A DNA stretch of 64,000 bases from Anthoceros angustus (taxonomy: Eukaryota > Plantae > Anthocerotophyta): positions 2,182,909 through 2,246,908 of the forward strand of contig MU008161.1 in assembly GCA_010909165.1 (NCBI GenBank), in the 5' to 3' direction. Shown here piece after piece: positions 24,576 through 35,599 of this stretch. Under the pieces are notes generated by a model, which had not been told where the DNA came from, made no database searches, and worked only from the letters and a program-made list of their open reading frames with translations. The stretch's first letter is position 1. Each line of letters opens with the position of its first letter. Made by a program: the position numbers and the translations under genes.

Positions 24576-25963
24576 CTAGCCCTTTTTCTCCTCGGTTTTG
24601 GGTTCTTCCTTCTTCTCCTCCTTCTTCTCTTCCTTCTTCTCTTCCTTCTTCTCTTCCTTCTTCTCTTCCTTCTTCTCTTCCTTCTTCTCTTCCTTCTTCT
24701 CTTCCTTCGTCTCTTCCTTCTTCTCTTCCTTTTTCTCTTCTGGCGGAGGTGGTGGTGGTGGTGGTGGAGGGATGACGGTCACTCTCGTCTTGCCTTTGTT
24801 GCACAGCTTGATGAGCATGTCACCTGTAATTGTCTCGCTTTGCACCACGATTTTACGATTCGCCCAATCCCACCTGATGGCGTCAATCCCTGTAGATCGA
24901 ACTGCACACTCATGTATTACACGTCTCATGGAATGTAGGTCCCAGAGCAAAATGCAAATACAACCTGACCTGCACAATGGTTGAGCTTCTTCTTCACAGT
25001 CCTGTCGCATCCCTCGCAGCACACAGTGACTTTGAGCTCCACAGTCTGGAAAATGTAGCTCGTGATCTCAGCTGAAGTCACATAGATCTCTGAGCCAACT
25101 GCTAAGAATTCCAACGTTTTTCAACAGACCTTCGGGGGAGGTGGAGGAGGATCCTTTTTCTCCTCCTCTTTCTTCTCATCCTTCTTCTCATCCTTCTTCT
25201 CGTCCTTCTTCTCGTCCTTCTTCTCTTCCTTCTTCTCCTCCTTCGTCTCCTCCTTCTTCTCCTCCTTCTTCTCCTCCTTCTTCTCCTCCTTCTTCTCCTC
25301 CTTCTTCTCCTCCTTCTTCTCCTCCTTCTTCTCCTCCTTCGTCTCCTCCTTCTCCTTCTTCTCCTCCTTCTTCTCCTCCTTCTTCTCCTCCTTCTTCCTC
25401 CTCCTTCTTCTCCTCCTTCTTGTCGTCCTTCTTCTCGTCCTTCTTCTCGTCCTTCTTCTCGTCCTTCTTCTCGTCCTTCTTCTCATCCTTCTTCTCGTCC
25501 TTCTTCTCGTCCTTGGGCTTCTCCTCCTCCTTCTGCTTCTCTGGTTCAGGAGGAGGATCCATCCACCTCTGTGGCCAAGTGTGCACCCTGGAATTGTAGA
25601 AAAACTGCACATCCATCCAAGCAGCATTCAGCACGATATCGATGTGAGCGCCCATGAATTCCTTGCAAGCTAGCTCATGCACAATCAATTCAGCACTCTG
25701 AACTCCAGCTCAATCAATTTCATCGTTAGCTCGCACCGGCAGCAAGTGGGCATCCTGAATAAATCTCAGACCAGGCATCCGTAAAAACATGAATTCACCT
25801 CTGTCAGATCATCAACGTTTTGGGATCCAGACACAGTTCAAATCACAACATTCACGACCATGCAATCCACAGGTGCATCCGAATTCAAACGAATTCTGAT
25901 GCAGCAAAAGGCAGGCACCGTTACCTCGTTCACTAGCCAATCGAAGGCCCCGTACTCCGACAT
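24576..25963 (-). CDS. Heavy-metal-associated (HMA) domain protein with long (E/D)EKK repeats and poly-Pro linkers
   Basis: TVELKVTVCCEGCDRTVKKKL...GIDAIRWD; probable first HMA-like motif MPTCCRCE; 12-bp repeat tracts; no C-terminal CaaX. Start and 5' exons tentative, with an apparent frameshift in the repeat. Confidence 0.8.
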
Positions 25964-27200
25964 GGTTCCCTTCAGACACGGACTACCTAGCTAGCCCCTG
26001 AATTGTCCTGGAAGCGAGGGATCCGATCGGTTTGCAATTGAAGGGGGCAAGGAAGAAAACTGCGCAGCAAAGCGGATGCAAGAATGCGAGCTGACAAATG
26101 CTGGGTTGGAGAACAGAGAGTGGAAGGGGGCCGGAGTAGCCCAGAGGATAGATAGGCAGCAGCACTGAGCACAGCAAGAGAGAGTCATGGCTGGTAAGCA
26201 ATCTTGTACATTGACAGGGACCCACGAGCATTCAGCCGGCCTGCGCATAAGCATTGCTTTCAGTCTATCACATCGGGGCTTTCCTGCCGGTCGGTCGGGA
26301 GAGAAACCAAGCCAAGCCAGGCCCCACATTTTTCCTCGTCGTCCTCAAGAAAGAGACGAACATCTTCACTCTTAGCCCAGCAGGCTGATTAAACATGCTT
26401 TTCAACACCGACATTATGCTGCCCATACACGAGCTTTGCCAAATTCACAGCATATGCAAGATGAGATCTTGAATCAGCTTCTACTGGTCTCGACTCAAAA
26501 TCGCCAGAACTCAGCTTCCTTGTACACTGCAGTATTCTTAGCGCTGTGATTGTCTGTGCGGCTTACTCAATTTTCCATCACGAGAAACCTCGTCGTCTTG
26601 ATTCCATTGAGAAGGCAATCCTGAACCCTTAGGATCGGCAATGATTCTAGCTGCCTCTCATTGTTGTTGTGGAAGCTACATGTGCACAAGCAATGGCCAT
26701 GCCTTCCTATAGCCAGTCACAATTCTCCGTGCAAGTGGCAGTAGTCTGAGACATGTACTGTTGCCATACGAGCTTTTCTTTCATCCTGTTTTGCTCAGCG
26801 ATGCTAGATCGCTTTTCAACAATGGTGTTGGTTTGTTTGTCTTTCTTTCTGCATCACTTGTTGGGCTTGATACGACCATTTATCTTCTGCTTTTTCTTCG
26901 GAAGGCTTCCTGCATCTGCTTCCACAGCCATGTTTACCTCTCTTTGCCTGGCCAGCTTTGTCCAACTAATTCTCTTTGGAGGACTGTAATACAGCTCCTA
27001 TTTGCTCAGCTCCTATTTTTTAAGAGTAGTTTGACGATCGATTCCTCGTTTTTAACCAATAGGCAACGTCCTTCGCTGTAACATAACATGTGTGTAAACG
27101 GATTTGCGGTACGGGTGAATCCCGATCCCCTGCGTAAGCATGGCTGCCAGCTTGAAGGTTGTGCTGAGGTTGCGGAAGCAAGTGGCTTCTACCAGCAGAG

Positions 27201-30200
27201 ATGGATACGGGCAGTATCATCTGCGCAATTAGCTCAAATGCAGCACTGGAGCTGGGAAAGCTTCATCTCGTGGGTTCAGCGTATGCCTCTGCGAATCATG
27301 ACTGGCTGGCGGCAGGACCTGTTATGGTAGCTGGATTTCCAGACTCGACAAGGAAAATATGGTGGGATGACAGGTGCTGTAGGGTCCTTACTTCCAGGTT
27401 TGAAGCGATAGGAACCCACCAACCTGACGAGGTGCTGTGGCTGAACGAACTCAGCGAGCCCGCTCGGGTGCGCATCCGTGTAGGATACGAAGGGGTTGTG
27501 ACAGTAAAAACTTTGAGCAAGATATGCCAGCAGGGGCATATCACTGAGGCTGTTGAAGCTCTGGGAGTTCTGGTGCAGACGGGCTGTCATGTTTCTCCGT
27601 CTGCGTTTTATACTGTTTTGAAAAATTGCGTGGCTCAGAAGCATCTTGTTCTGAGTCGCATTGTCCATGCTCTCAGCGTGAAAGAGGGCTATGGGTCGGA
27701 CACGTTCTTGTGCAACAACATCATGCGAATGTATGCTGCTCATGGCAGGTTGTGTGAAGCTATGGAAGTGTTCGCAGTGGTGGCCCAGCCGGATGCCTTC
27801 TCGTGGTCTGCCATAATTTCTGCGCATGTTAAACAGGGGCACGATAAGAAGGCCATAGAGCTTTACCGTCAGATGCGCAGGTCAAGTGTGAAGCCGGATG
27901 GCCATGTGTTTGTAGCAGCCCTTCAGGCTTGTGCAAGGGTGGCAGACTTGGAGACTGGTCAGCAGGTGCATGCTGATGTGCTGGCCAGTGGTCTTGAGCC
28001 TCATCTGTTTGTCTGGAATTCGTTGCTGGATATGTATGCAAAATGTGGCAGCTTGGAAGAGGCTCAAAGAGTGTTTGACGGACTTGGTCGGAAAAATGTT
28101 GTGACCTGGACCGTGCTGATAGCAGGATATTCCCAGCAGGGTAAGGGGCAGGAAGCTCTTCGTCTTTACGGTGCTATGCAAAAAGAAGGCATTATTGCAC
28201 CTGATGCTGTGACACTTGTGCGCCTCTTGCAGGCATGTGTGAGTGTGGGCACGGTGGCTTTGGATAATGGGAAGCAGCTCCATGCACAAGTTAGGGAAGA
28301 AGGACTTGAGGCTGATGTGTTTGTGGCCAGTAGTTTGTTGCACATGTATGCCAAATGTGGCAGCTTAGAAGATGCTCAAGGAGTGTTTGATGGGCTTCCT
28401 CAGAAGGATGTGGTGATGTGGAATGCCATGATTGCAGGATATTCCCAGCAGGGCAGGGGGAAGGAAGCTCTTCGTCTGTACAGGGCAATGGAAGAAGAGG
28501 GCATTGTGGCACCTGATTCAGTGACTTTTTTGTCCCTCTTGCAGGCATGTGCAAGTATAGGCATCCCGGCTTTGGAGAAGGGGAGGCAACTTCATGCACG
28601 AGTTAAAGAGCTGGGACTTGAAGCTGACTTGTTTGTAGCTAGCTGTTTGGTGAGCATGTATGCGAAATGCGGCAGCCTGCAAGATGCTCAAAGGTTGTTT
28701 GATGGGCTTCCTCAGAGGGATGTGGTGATGTGGAATGCCATGATTGCAGGATATTCCGAACAGGGCATGGGTCAGGAAGCCCTCCGTCTCCACAGTGCCC
28801 TGCAAGAAGAGGGCATCGCTGCACCCAATTCTGTAACCTTTGTATGCCTTCTGCAGGCATGTGCAAATTTGGGCATTCCAGCTCTTGAGAATGGGAAGCA
28901 GCTTCATGCACAGATTGTAGAACGAGGTCTCCAATCTGATGTGACTGTGGCCAACAGTTTGGTAAACATGTATGGAAAGTGTGGCAGCCTAGAGGATGCT
29001 CAGGGCGTGTTTGATGGATTGGGCCAAAAAAATGTGGTGACGTGGAATGCCATGATAGGAGGATATTCCCAGCAGGGCATGGGACAGGAAGCCCTGCGTC
29101 TCTACGGAGTTATGCAAGAAGAAGGTGTTGCTGCACCCAATGCCGTGACATTTGCGTGCCTCCTGCAGGCATGTGCCAGTGTCGGTGGTTTGGCTTTGGA
29201 GACTGGGAGGCTGCTTCATTCACAGATCCAAGGACGACGGCTTGAGGCTGATATCTTTCTAGCCAACAGTTTGGTAAACATGTATGCCAAGTGTGGAAGC
29301 TTAGAGGAGGCTCAGAGTGTGTTTGATGGACTTGGTGAAAAGAATGTGGTAACATGGAATGCCATGATAGCAGGGTATTCCCAGCAGGGCATGGGGCGTG
29401 AAGCATTGGGTTTGTACAGCGCCATGCAAGAAGAAGGCATTCTTGCACCTGATTCTGCGACGTTTGTTTTCCTTCTGCAGGCATGTGCGAGTGTGGGGGC
29501 CCCAGCTTTGGAGGAGGGGAAGCAGCTTCATGCACAGATTAGAGGATGTGGACTCGAGACTGATGTGTATGTAGCCAACACTTTGGTAGACATGTATGCT
29601 AAATGCGGCAGGTTGGAAGATGCTCAGAGTTTATTTGATGGACTTGGTGAAAAGAATGTCGTGACCTGGACAGCACTGATAGCAGGATATTCTCAGCAGG
29701 GCATGGGGCAGGAGGCACTTCATCTCTACAGGACTATGCAAGAAGAAGGCATCGTCACACCCAACACCGCGACATTTGTGTGCCTCCTGCAAGCGTGTGG
29801 AAGCGTTGCAGCTTTAGATCTGGGAAGGCAGCTTCATGCACAGATTAAAGATCAGGGCCTGGACAGTGATGGGCGTGTAGCAGTCAGCTTGATAGACATG
29901 TACGCAAAGTCTGGGAGCACGGTTGATGCACAGCAGGTGTTTAAAGCATTGCCCCACAGAGACGTCGTCACCTGGAATGCACTGATTGCAGGCTACACCC
30001 GCCAAGGAGACAGTGATGCTGTGTTCAACTCATTTCACAAAATGAGAGAGGATGGCATACAACCATCCAGCATCACATTCCTCAGTGTACTCACAGCATG
30101 CAGTCATGCAGGTCTGGTGAACAAGGGGCGAGATTTCTTCAAAGCCATGAGCAGCCACTATGGCATCACTCCCGCTGGAGAGCACCATACCTGCATGGTG

Positions 30201-30677
30201 GACCTCCTCGGTCGTGCTGGCCATCTGGACGAGGCACTATCTCTGGTAAGAACAATGCCTGTACCCCCTGACTCCGCTGTCTGGCACACTCTACTGGGTG
30301 CCTGTCGAAAGTGGAAGAACGTGAAGGTAGGACAGCTTGCTTTCAACGAAGCCCTGAAGCTGGACCAGAAAGACCCCGTCGCATACGTGTCCATGTCAAA
30401 CATCTATGCCGGTGCCCAGATGTGGGAGCAGGCACAGGAGATGCAGGCCAGGAGAACAGGAATCGGGGCATGGAAGCAGCCAGGCCAGAGCTGGTGGACA
30501 GACGAGGAGGGACTGGTGCACACATTTCTGGTGGGGGATGAAAAGCATCCTGAGAGTGAACAAATATATGCCAGGCTGAAAGATTTAATCTCCAAAACCA
30601 GGGAACAAGGCTTGTATAATGCACATCTGGTGAATTACTGGACACCCAGGGAAATGACATCTCATGCAAAGAAGTAA
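27201..30677 (+). CDS. PLS-class PPR protein with E1/E2/E+ extension and no DYW domain (organellar RNA-editing specificity factor)
   Basis: Intronless 1158 aa with ~8 S-P-L triplets (MYAKCGSL.EA, NVVTWNAMIAGYSQQG), then P2-L2-S2-E1-E2 and PG box KQPGQSW. Ends before the HSE/CxxC/DYW motifs. Confidence 0.97.
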   Translation: MDTGSIICAISSNAALELGKLHLVGSAYASANHDWLAAGPVMVAGFPDSTRKIWWDDRCCRVLTSRFEAIGTHQPDEVLWLNELSEPARVRIRVGYEGVVTVKTLSKICQQGHITEAVEALGVLVQTGCHVSPSAFYTVLKNCVAQKHLVLSRIVHALSVKEGYGSDTFLCNNIMRMYAAHGRLCEAMEVFAVVAQPDAFSWSAIISAHVKQGHDKKAIELYRQMRRSSVKPDGHVFVAALQACARVADLETGQQVHADVLASGLEPHLFVWNSLLDMYAKCGSLEEAQRVFDGLGRKNVVTWTVLIAGYSQQGKGQEALRLYGAMQKEGIIAPDAVTLVRLLQACVSVGTVALDNGKQLHAQVREEGLEADVFVASSLLHMYAKCGSLEDAQGVFDGLPQKDVVMWNAMIAGYSQQGRGKEALRLYRAMEEEGIVAPDSVTFLSLLQACASIGIPALEKGRQLHARVKELGLEADLFVASCLVSMYAKCGSLQDAQRLFDGLPQRDVVMWNAMIAGYSEQGMGQEALRLHSALQEEGIAAPNSVTFVCLLQACANLGIPALENGKQLHAQIVERGLQSDVTVANSLVNMYGKCGSLEDAQGVFDGLGQKNVVTWNAMIGGYSQQGMGQEALRLYGVMQEEGVAAPNAVTFACLLQACASVGGLALETGRLLHSQIQGRRLEADIFLANSLVNMYAKCGSLEEAQSVFDGLGEKNVVTWNAMIAGYSQQGMGREALGLYSAMQEEGILAPDSATFVFLLQACASVGAPALEEGKQLHAQIRGCGLETDVYVANTLVDMYAKCGRLEDAQSLFDGLGEKNVVTWTALIAGYSQQGMGQEALHLYRTMQEEGIVTPNTATFVCLLQACGSVAALDLGRQLHAQIKDQGLDSDGRVAVSLIDMYAKSGSTVDAQQVFKALPHRDVVTWNALIAGYTRQGDSDAVFNSFHKMREDGIQPSSITFLSVLTACSHAGLVNKGRDFFKAMSSHYGITPAGEHHTCMVDLLGRAGHLDEALSLVRTMPVPPDSAVWHTLLGACRKWKNVKVGQLAFNEALKLDQKDPVAYVSMSNIYAGAQMWEQAQEMQARRTGIGAWKQPGQSWWTDEEGLVHTFLVGDEKHPESEQIYARLKDLISKTREQGLYNAHLVNYWTPREMTSHAKK

Positions 30678-31136
30678 GCTAGTACCCGTTAGAAAATCCA
30701 CATACATGACCAGGCATCTCCCCATCTGGCATCCAGTCTTGCTGATCATCGAGCTACCATTGTAGGAAGGTACGTTGTGGGCGTGAGAGTATGAAATGTG
30801 CACTGTCCTAGGACGAGGCGTCAATGATCATGATTCAGCATCGATCACAACGAAACCCAGGCGGGAGGGCCACTTAACGGAAGCCAGCCTGTTAAGCGTG
30901 TTAAACCAGCGGGTGACGGTACAGCCAAGTGTGGTCCTGATGCCGGGAACGATGATCATGTGAGCCTCGAAGGAGGCAAATTCCTTGCCCGCTTTCCCTC
31001 CATTTCTGGCCGCTTCCCCCCATTTTCTCCGCCTTCTTTGTGAGGCCTGCACTCAGCGCTCTGTCGCAGTCTCGCAACTCTGTTTCCCTGCTTCCGGCTT
31101 TGCCCTGCCTGCGGATCCTGGGCGGCCGCATGCAGG

Positions 31137-32737
31137 ATGACCAAGAGGAGACGGCGGAGCAAGGTGTTGCTGTCGCAGATATATAAAAGGGAGGAGTCGT
31201 CGCTGTTTGGGAATAAGCGGGTGAACAACAATTATGAGGACAAAATGTGCGAGGCTTGCAAGCAGGGGGATGCCGAGGAGGCAATGTTGCTTTGCGACCA
31301 ATGCGACCGGGGCTACCACATGTACTGCCTCTGCCCCATTCTGGTCACCCTGCCCAAGGGGGACTGGTTCTGCCCCTGCTGCTCCACCAAGGACAACGTT
31401 GTAGGTCCGCTTCAGCTCATCGTCTCGCTCTTGGGTCTCTCGGTTTTTTTGTTGGGTCGTCTGGGTTGCATAGCAGCAGTGTTTTCTTGCCCGATTCTGG
31501 AAATGGGTTTGTGTTTTTGCGAGGTGGGATGGTTGGGTTGCGTTGCCTTTCGCTGAGCCAGATGGTGTCACCTGTGTTGCAGAATTTCCCAAGGTTCAGA
31601 AGAAGATCGTTGACTTTTTTAGGATACAGCGGCCGCTGCAAGACCCTGCCGGTAAGGACAATCTTCCTTCTGTTTCGTTGCCCTTGCCCTGAGGAAAATG
31701 TGGGATGAAGTTTTGCGTGCGAATCTGTGCTGAGATGATGTGCGGGATGGATGTCCGCAGCTGAGACCAAAAAGCGGAGGAGAAGTTCTGGGTCTCTTGG
31801 TTTGTATAAAAGAAAGCGGAAATTGTTAGCTTACTCTCCCACGAAGGATCCAGTCCGGAGATTGGAGCAGATGGCGTCTCTGGCCACGGCGCTGACAAGT
31901 TGTGGAGTGGAGTACAGCGATGAGCTGACATACATGCCTGGGCTGGCGCCCAGATCAGCTAACTGTGCAAGATATGAGAAGGGAGGGATGCAAGTAAGTG
32001 AGCACATCTGGTTTCCTGGCATGAATGTCATCCAGTGCTATTGTGCTTCCAGTACCTGATGGTGGAAATTGGTGGTTCAGGAAATAACCAAAGATGATAA
32101 AGCCACACTGGATTTGTGCAAGTCCATGTCCTCGCAAGGGGACTGGCCTCCTTTGATGGTCACCCGTGATCCTCGAGAAGGGTGAGTTAGTCTCACCTTC
32201 TTTGTTAGCATTTGCTTGTGTGCAATGCTTTGGGTCTGTGTGCTCTGCTCTTACACCTTCAGCTGGTGCAGGTTTGTCGTTCATGCTGACAGCCATATCA
32301 AGGATATGACCCTGGTGGCGGAGTACACTGGGGATGTGGATTACATGAGCAACCGGGAGCATGACGAAGGTGATAGCATGATGGGATTGTTGTTCACTGA
32401 AGATCCTAGTGATGAGCTGGTTATCTGTCCTGACAAGCGTGGCAATATTGCCCGATTTATCTCAGGCATCAACAACCATTCTCCGTAAGTCATCAACTCC
32501 GTTGAAGTGGGAATGACTGAATGCTGTTTACTACTGGGCTTTCTCGTTATGACTCGGGTTTCTGTGATGGACTGTAGGGAGGCGAAGAAGAAACAAAACC
32601 TGAGATGCATAAGGTTCAACGTGGATGGAGAATCCCGAACATTTTTGGTTGCTGTAAGAGAAATCGCCAAGGGTGAGCGACTATACTATGACTACAATGC
32701 ATATCAAAAGGAGTACCCTACAGAACACTTCGTGTGA
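31137..32737 (+). CDS. ATXR6: PHD + SET histone H3K27 monomethyltransferase (ATXR5/ATXR6 family)
   Basis: PHD CEAC...LLCDQCDRGYHMYCL...WFCPCC; PIP-like QKKIVDFF; SET AEYTGDVDY...NIARFISGINNH...GERLYYDYNAYQKEYPTEHFV. ATXR5 and ATXR6 cannot be distinguished by eye. Confidence 0.93.
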
Positions 32738-33041
32738 AGTGTTGTCAGGCATCGCCACATTCTTCCAACTCTCTGGAAGATGGCTCGTTGTATATTTAAG
32801 ACACACAAAGGGTCACGCACCTAGAGCTTGAAGGAAGCACGGCAGTGCACATATACGATGGAGCGGCCGGGAACTAACTTATCGTGAAGACAGGAAGGCA
32901 AGCCCATGCTGCTTCCCCAGCAAGTAACTAGTCTAAGCCAGCCTTGCAAATTGTGAGGCAAACTCAGACACATCTACAAACGAGGCTCCTGAAACCTCAG
33001 GTGCAAGCTAGTCTTCGCTGTCTGGGCATATTAAGGAAGCC

Positions 33042-33090
33042 GGGCTTGGGCTTGGGCTTGGGCTTGGGCTTGGGCTTGGGCTTGGGCCCA
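33042..33090. repeat. (GGGCTT)7 microsatellite ending in GGGCCCA
   Basis: Direct reading of the sequence. Confidence 0.95.
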
Positions 33091-33719
33091 TGCCAAAAAG
33101 TCCCCTTGCACTAGGCACCTTCACCACTGCGATGTGATTCCGTCTTGGCCAACTTCAGCCTATGGCGTCTTGTTTTTGAAATGAATCAGGAGGTAAATAT
33201 GTGTTATAAGCCAAATATGCTGATCGTGTTTTCCTACTATGTGCTAAGTTGAGGCTAACAACCAGTAACCTATTTTGTAAACTATGTGAAGCTTGTTAAC
33301 TAACTTTCTTTTCTAGTGTATTAGTAGTAAAAATAAAAATAGCTATTTAGAAAAATATATAACTTATATATATAATTGATATTTTAAGATCTTATTATGA
33401 GATATTGATGTATTTCTTAAATCTATTAATTAAGAAATAGAACTTTCGGTCGAAAAACTAGATAAACACCTTCTATATATGTAGTCACTAGTTCTCCTGG
33501 TGTTCCTTCCTTAAGTCTTCCACCCATTGAAAGTGTTGTCTATGTATATTGATTATTATCCCCTTTCTATGTATTGATCTTTCATTGCTCTATGTAAAAC
33601 TACATTTGCATTCAGAAGATCTCTCTATTCTTCATTCATGCATTGTAGAAGTATGTTTTATAACATTTCTAATATTATGATTGTATTTGTAATTTTGATT
33701 GAAGACTCGATGGCCTGTA

Positions 33720-34015
33720 GCAGTATGAGCATTGACTTTTTTGTGAACCTTCTTCTCTTCTATGGAGCTATTATGAGCATTGACTTTTTTGTGAACCTTC
33801 TTCTCTTCTAGGGAGCTATTATGAGCATTGTCTTTTTTATGAGCCTCCTTGTCTTCTTACGAGTCATTATAAGCATTGTCTCTTTTATAAGTTTCCTTGT
33901 CTTCTTGTTGGGTATCATGAGCATTGTCTCTGTTATGAGCCTCCTTGTCTTGTTGGGAGTTATTATAAGCGTTCTCTCTTTTATGACCCTCCTTGTCCTT
34001 TTGAGAGTTATATGG
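33720..34015. repeat. Degenerate tandem repeat (~42-bp period in its 3' part)
   Basis: Recurrent TTAT(G/A)AGC(A)TTGTCTC / CCTCCTTGTC units. Confidence 0.65.
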
Positions 34016-34225
34016 AGGCTTATGCATAGCGCAAAAAAGAGATTTACGCATTTGATTATAGTGCATAGTAGAAAATTAAAATTTAATATATATATATATA
34101 TATATTAAAATATTTTAATTCAATATTAGATTTGTAGAGTAGATAAGTATGTTGAGATTAAATAGGATAAATCATGTTACGTTCGAACTACCAAGCCTAG
34201 CTTGTACACCATGTGATTTAGTAAA

Positions 34226-34474
34226 GCTGGAGTATGCCTAAAGATGAATTTCTAAGTATGTTTCTGATCATGGACAAATTGTTGGTTGGTGGTGTGTATG
34301 TAATCAAGGGACGTATTATTATTACCTCTCGAGCTTGGTTTCCATCTTTTGCTGGAGTATGCCTAAAGATGAATTTCTAAGTATGTTTCTGATCATGGAC
34401 AAATTGTTGGTTGGTGGTGTGTATGTAATCAAGGGACGTATTATTATTACCTCTCGAGCTTGGTTTCCATCTTT
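34226..34474. repeat. Near-exact 125-bp tandem doublet
   Basis: GCTGGAGTATGCC...TTTCCATCTTT appears twice. Confidence 0.95.
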
Positions 34475-34744
34475 CGTTACATTTACAGCTTTCTAGTAGA
34501 TAAGTTTGTTGAGATTAAATACTATAAGTCATAACACCATAATGTTCTTTCCGTCGAAACAATGAACGCCTGTTCTAGAAACATCGCCGCCGGTTCGTAT
34601 TTCTTGTCCTTCGATTCATCCTTGTGATTCGTATTTCTTGTCCTGCAAATTCCTTGTGGGTTATATTTCTTGTCCCCTTACCGATTCGGCTCATGAGTAA
34701 GACAACGGAAACGATTGGACCGCACTATGCATGCAAGACTCAGT

Positions 34745-34977
34745 AAAGCCTAGTTTACAGCATACGGCTATTTCATTTCATGGACCGAGAGAATATAGTT
34801 TAGTGTTTTTAGGCCCGCACCATCGGTATATTTGTAAGAGAAAACATAAAAATTTCTTGAAAGCCTAGTTTACAAGATACTGCTATTTCATTTCATGGAT
34901 CGAGAGAATATAGTTTAGTGTTTTTAGGCCCGCACCATCGGTATATTTGTAAGAGAAAACATAAATATTTCTTGAAA
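34745..34977. repeat. 115-bp tandem doublet
   Basis: AAAGCCTAGTTTACA...TTTCTTGAAA appears twice. Confidence 0.9.
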
Positions 34978-35599
34978 ACGTTCCGGGCACAGATCAAGTA
35001 ATTACCCTAAAACCATAGTAGGATGCCGGCATACCGGTGGCCTTGCACATAAAAACACATAATCAAACCGCTGATAGCCGGTCTTTAGGTTTACGGGGCA
35101 TTACATGTGTCACAGTTCGGGATCAACTTTGGGATTACTACACACATGCGAGACACATCGAGGATGACGGTAATGTTTCTAAGGCGACTGTCATCTGCGT
35201 CTTCGAAAGTGTCTACTAGTAGCCTTCATTGCCTCTGCATCATCTTCCTCTATCCCATCAACTTCTGAGGCAGAAGGCCATGCTGTATCAAGTGTTTGTT
35301 GACCCTCATCCAAAAGGTGGGTGCTAGCATGCTTTGGTGCTCACTTAAGTGTTATTGTATTTGACGTTAATGTATAAAAATATATATATTATTATAATAT
35401 CCATTTCACATAAACAACTGTTGAGTTCACTTGGACGGGTTTGTCCACAGACACAAAGTTCATTTAACCACAATTGTGATGAACCGGCCAGGGCCCGTTG
35501 GTTTATGGCGGGAATTTGAATTGGATTATTTACCTAGTGGATCGGGTTGCGTACCACCACTCAACTCTCTAGAGCGTGAGTCCCCAACCACTGATTTCC

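Noticed and set aside
24375-25599. Hydrophobic LLF and SSLP/SSFF ORFs that look like membrane proteins
   Set aside because: Antisense frames of the EEKK 12-bp repeats.
33821-34108. 95-aa hydrophobic ORF
   Set aside because: Product of a degenerate ~42-bp repeat; no evidence of coding function.
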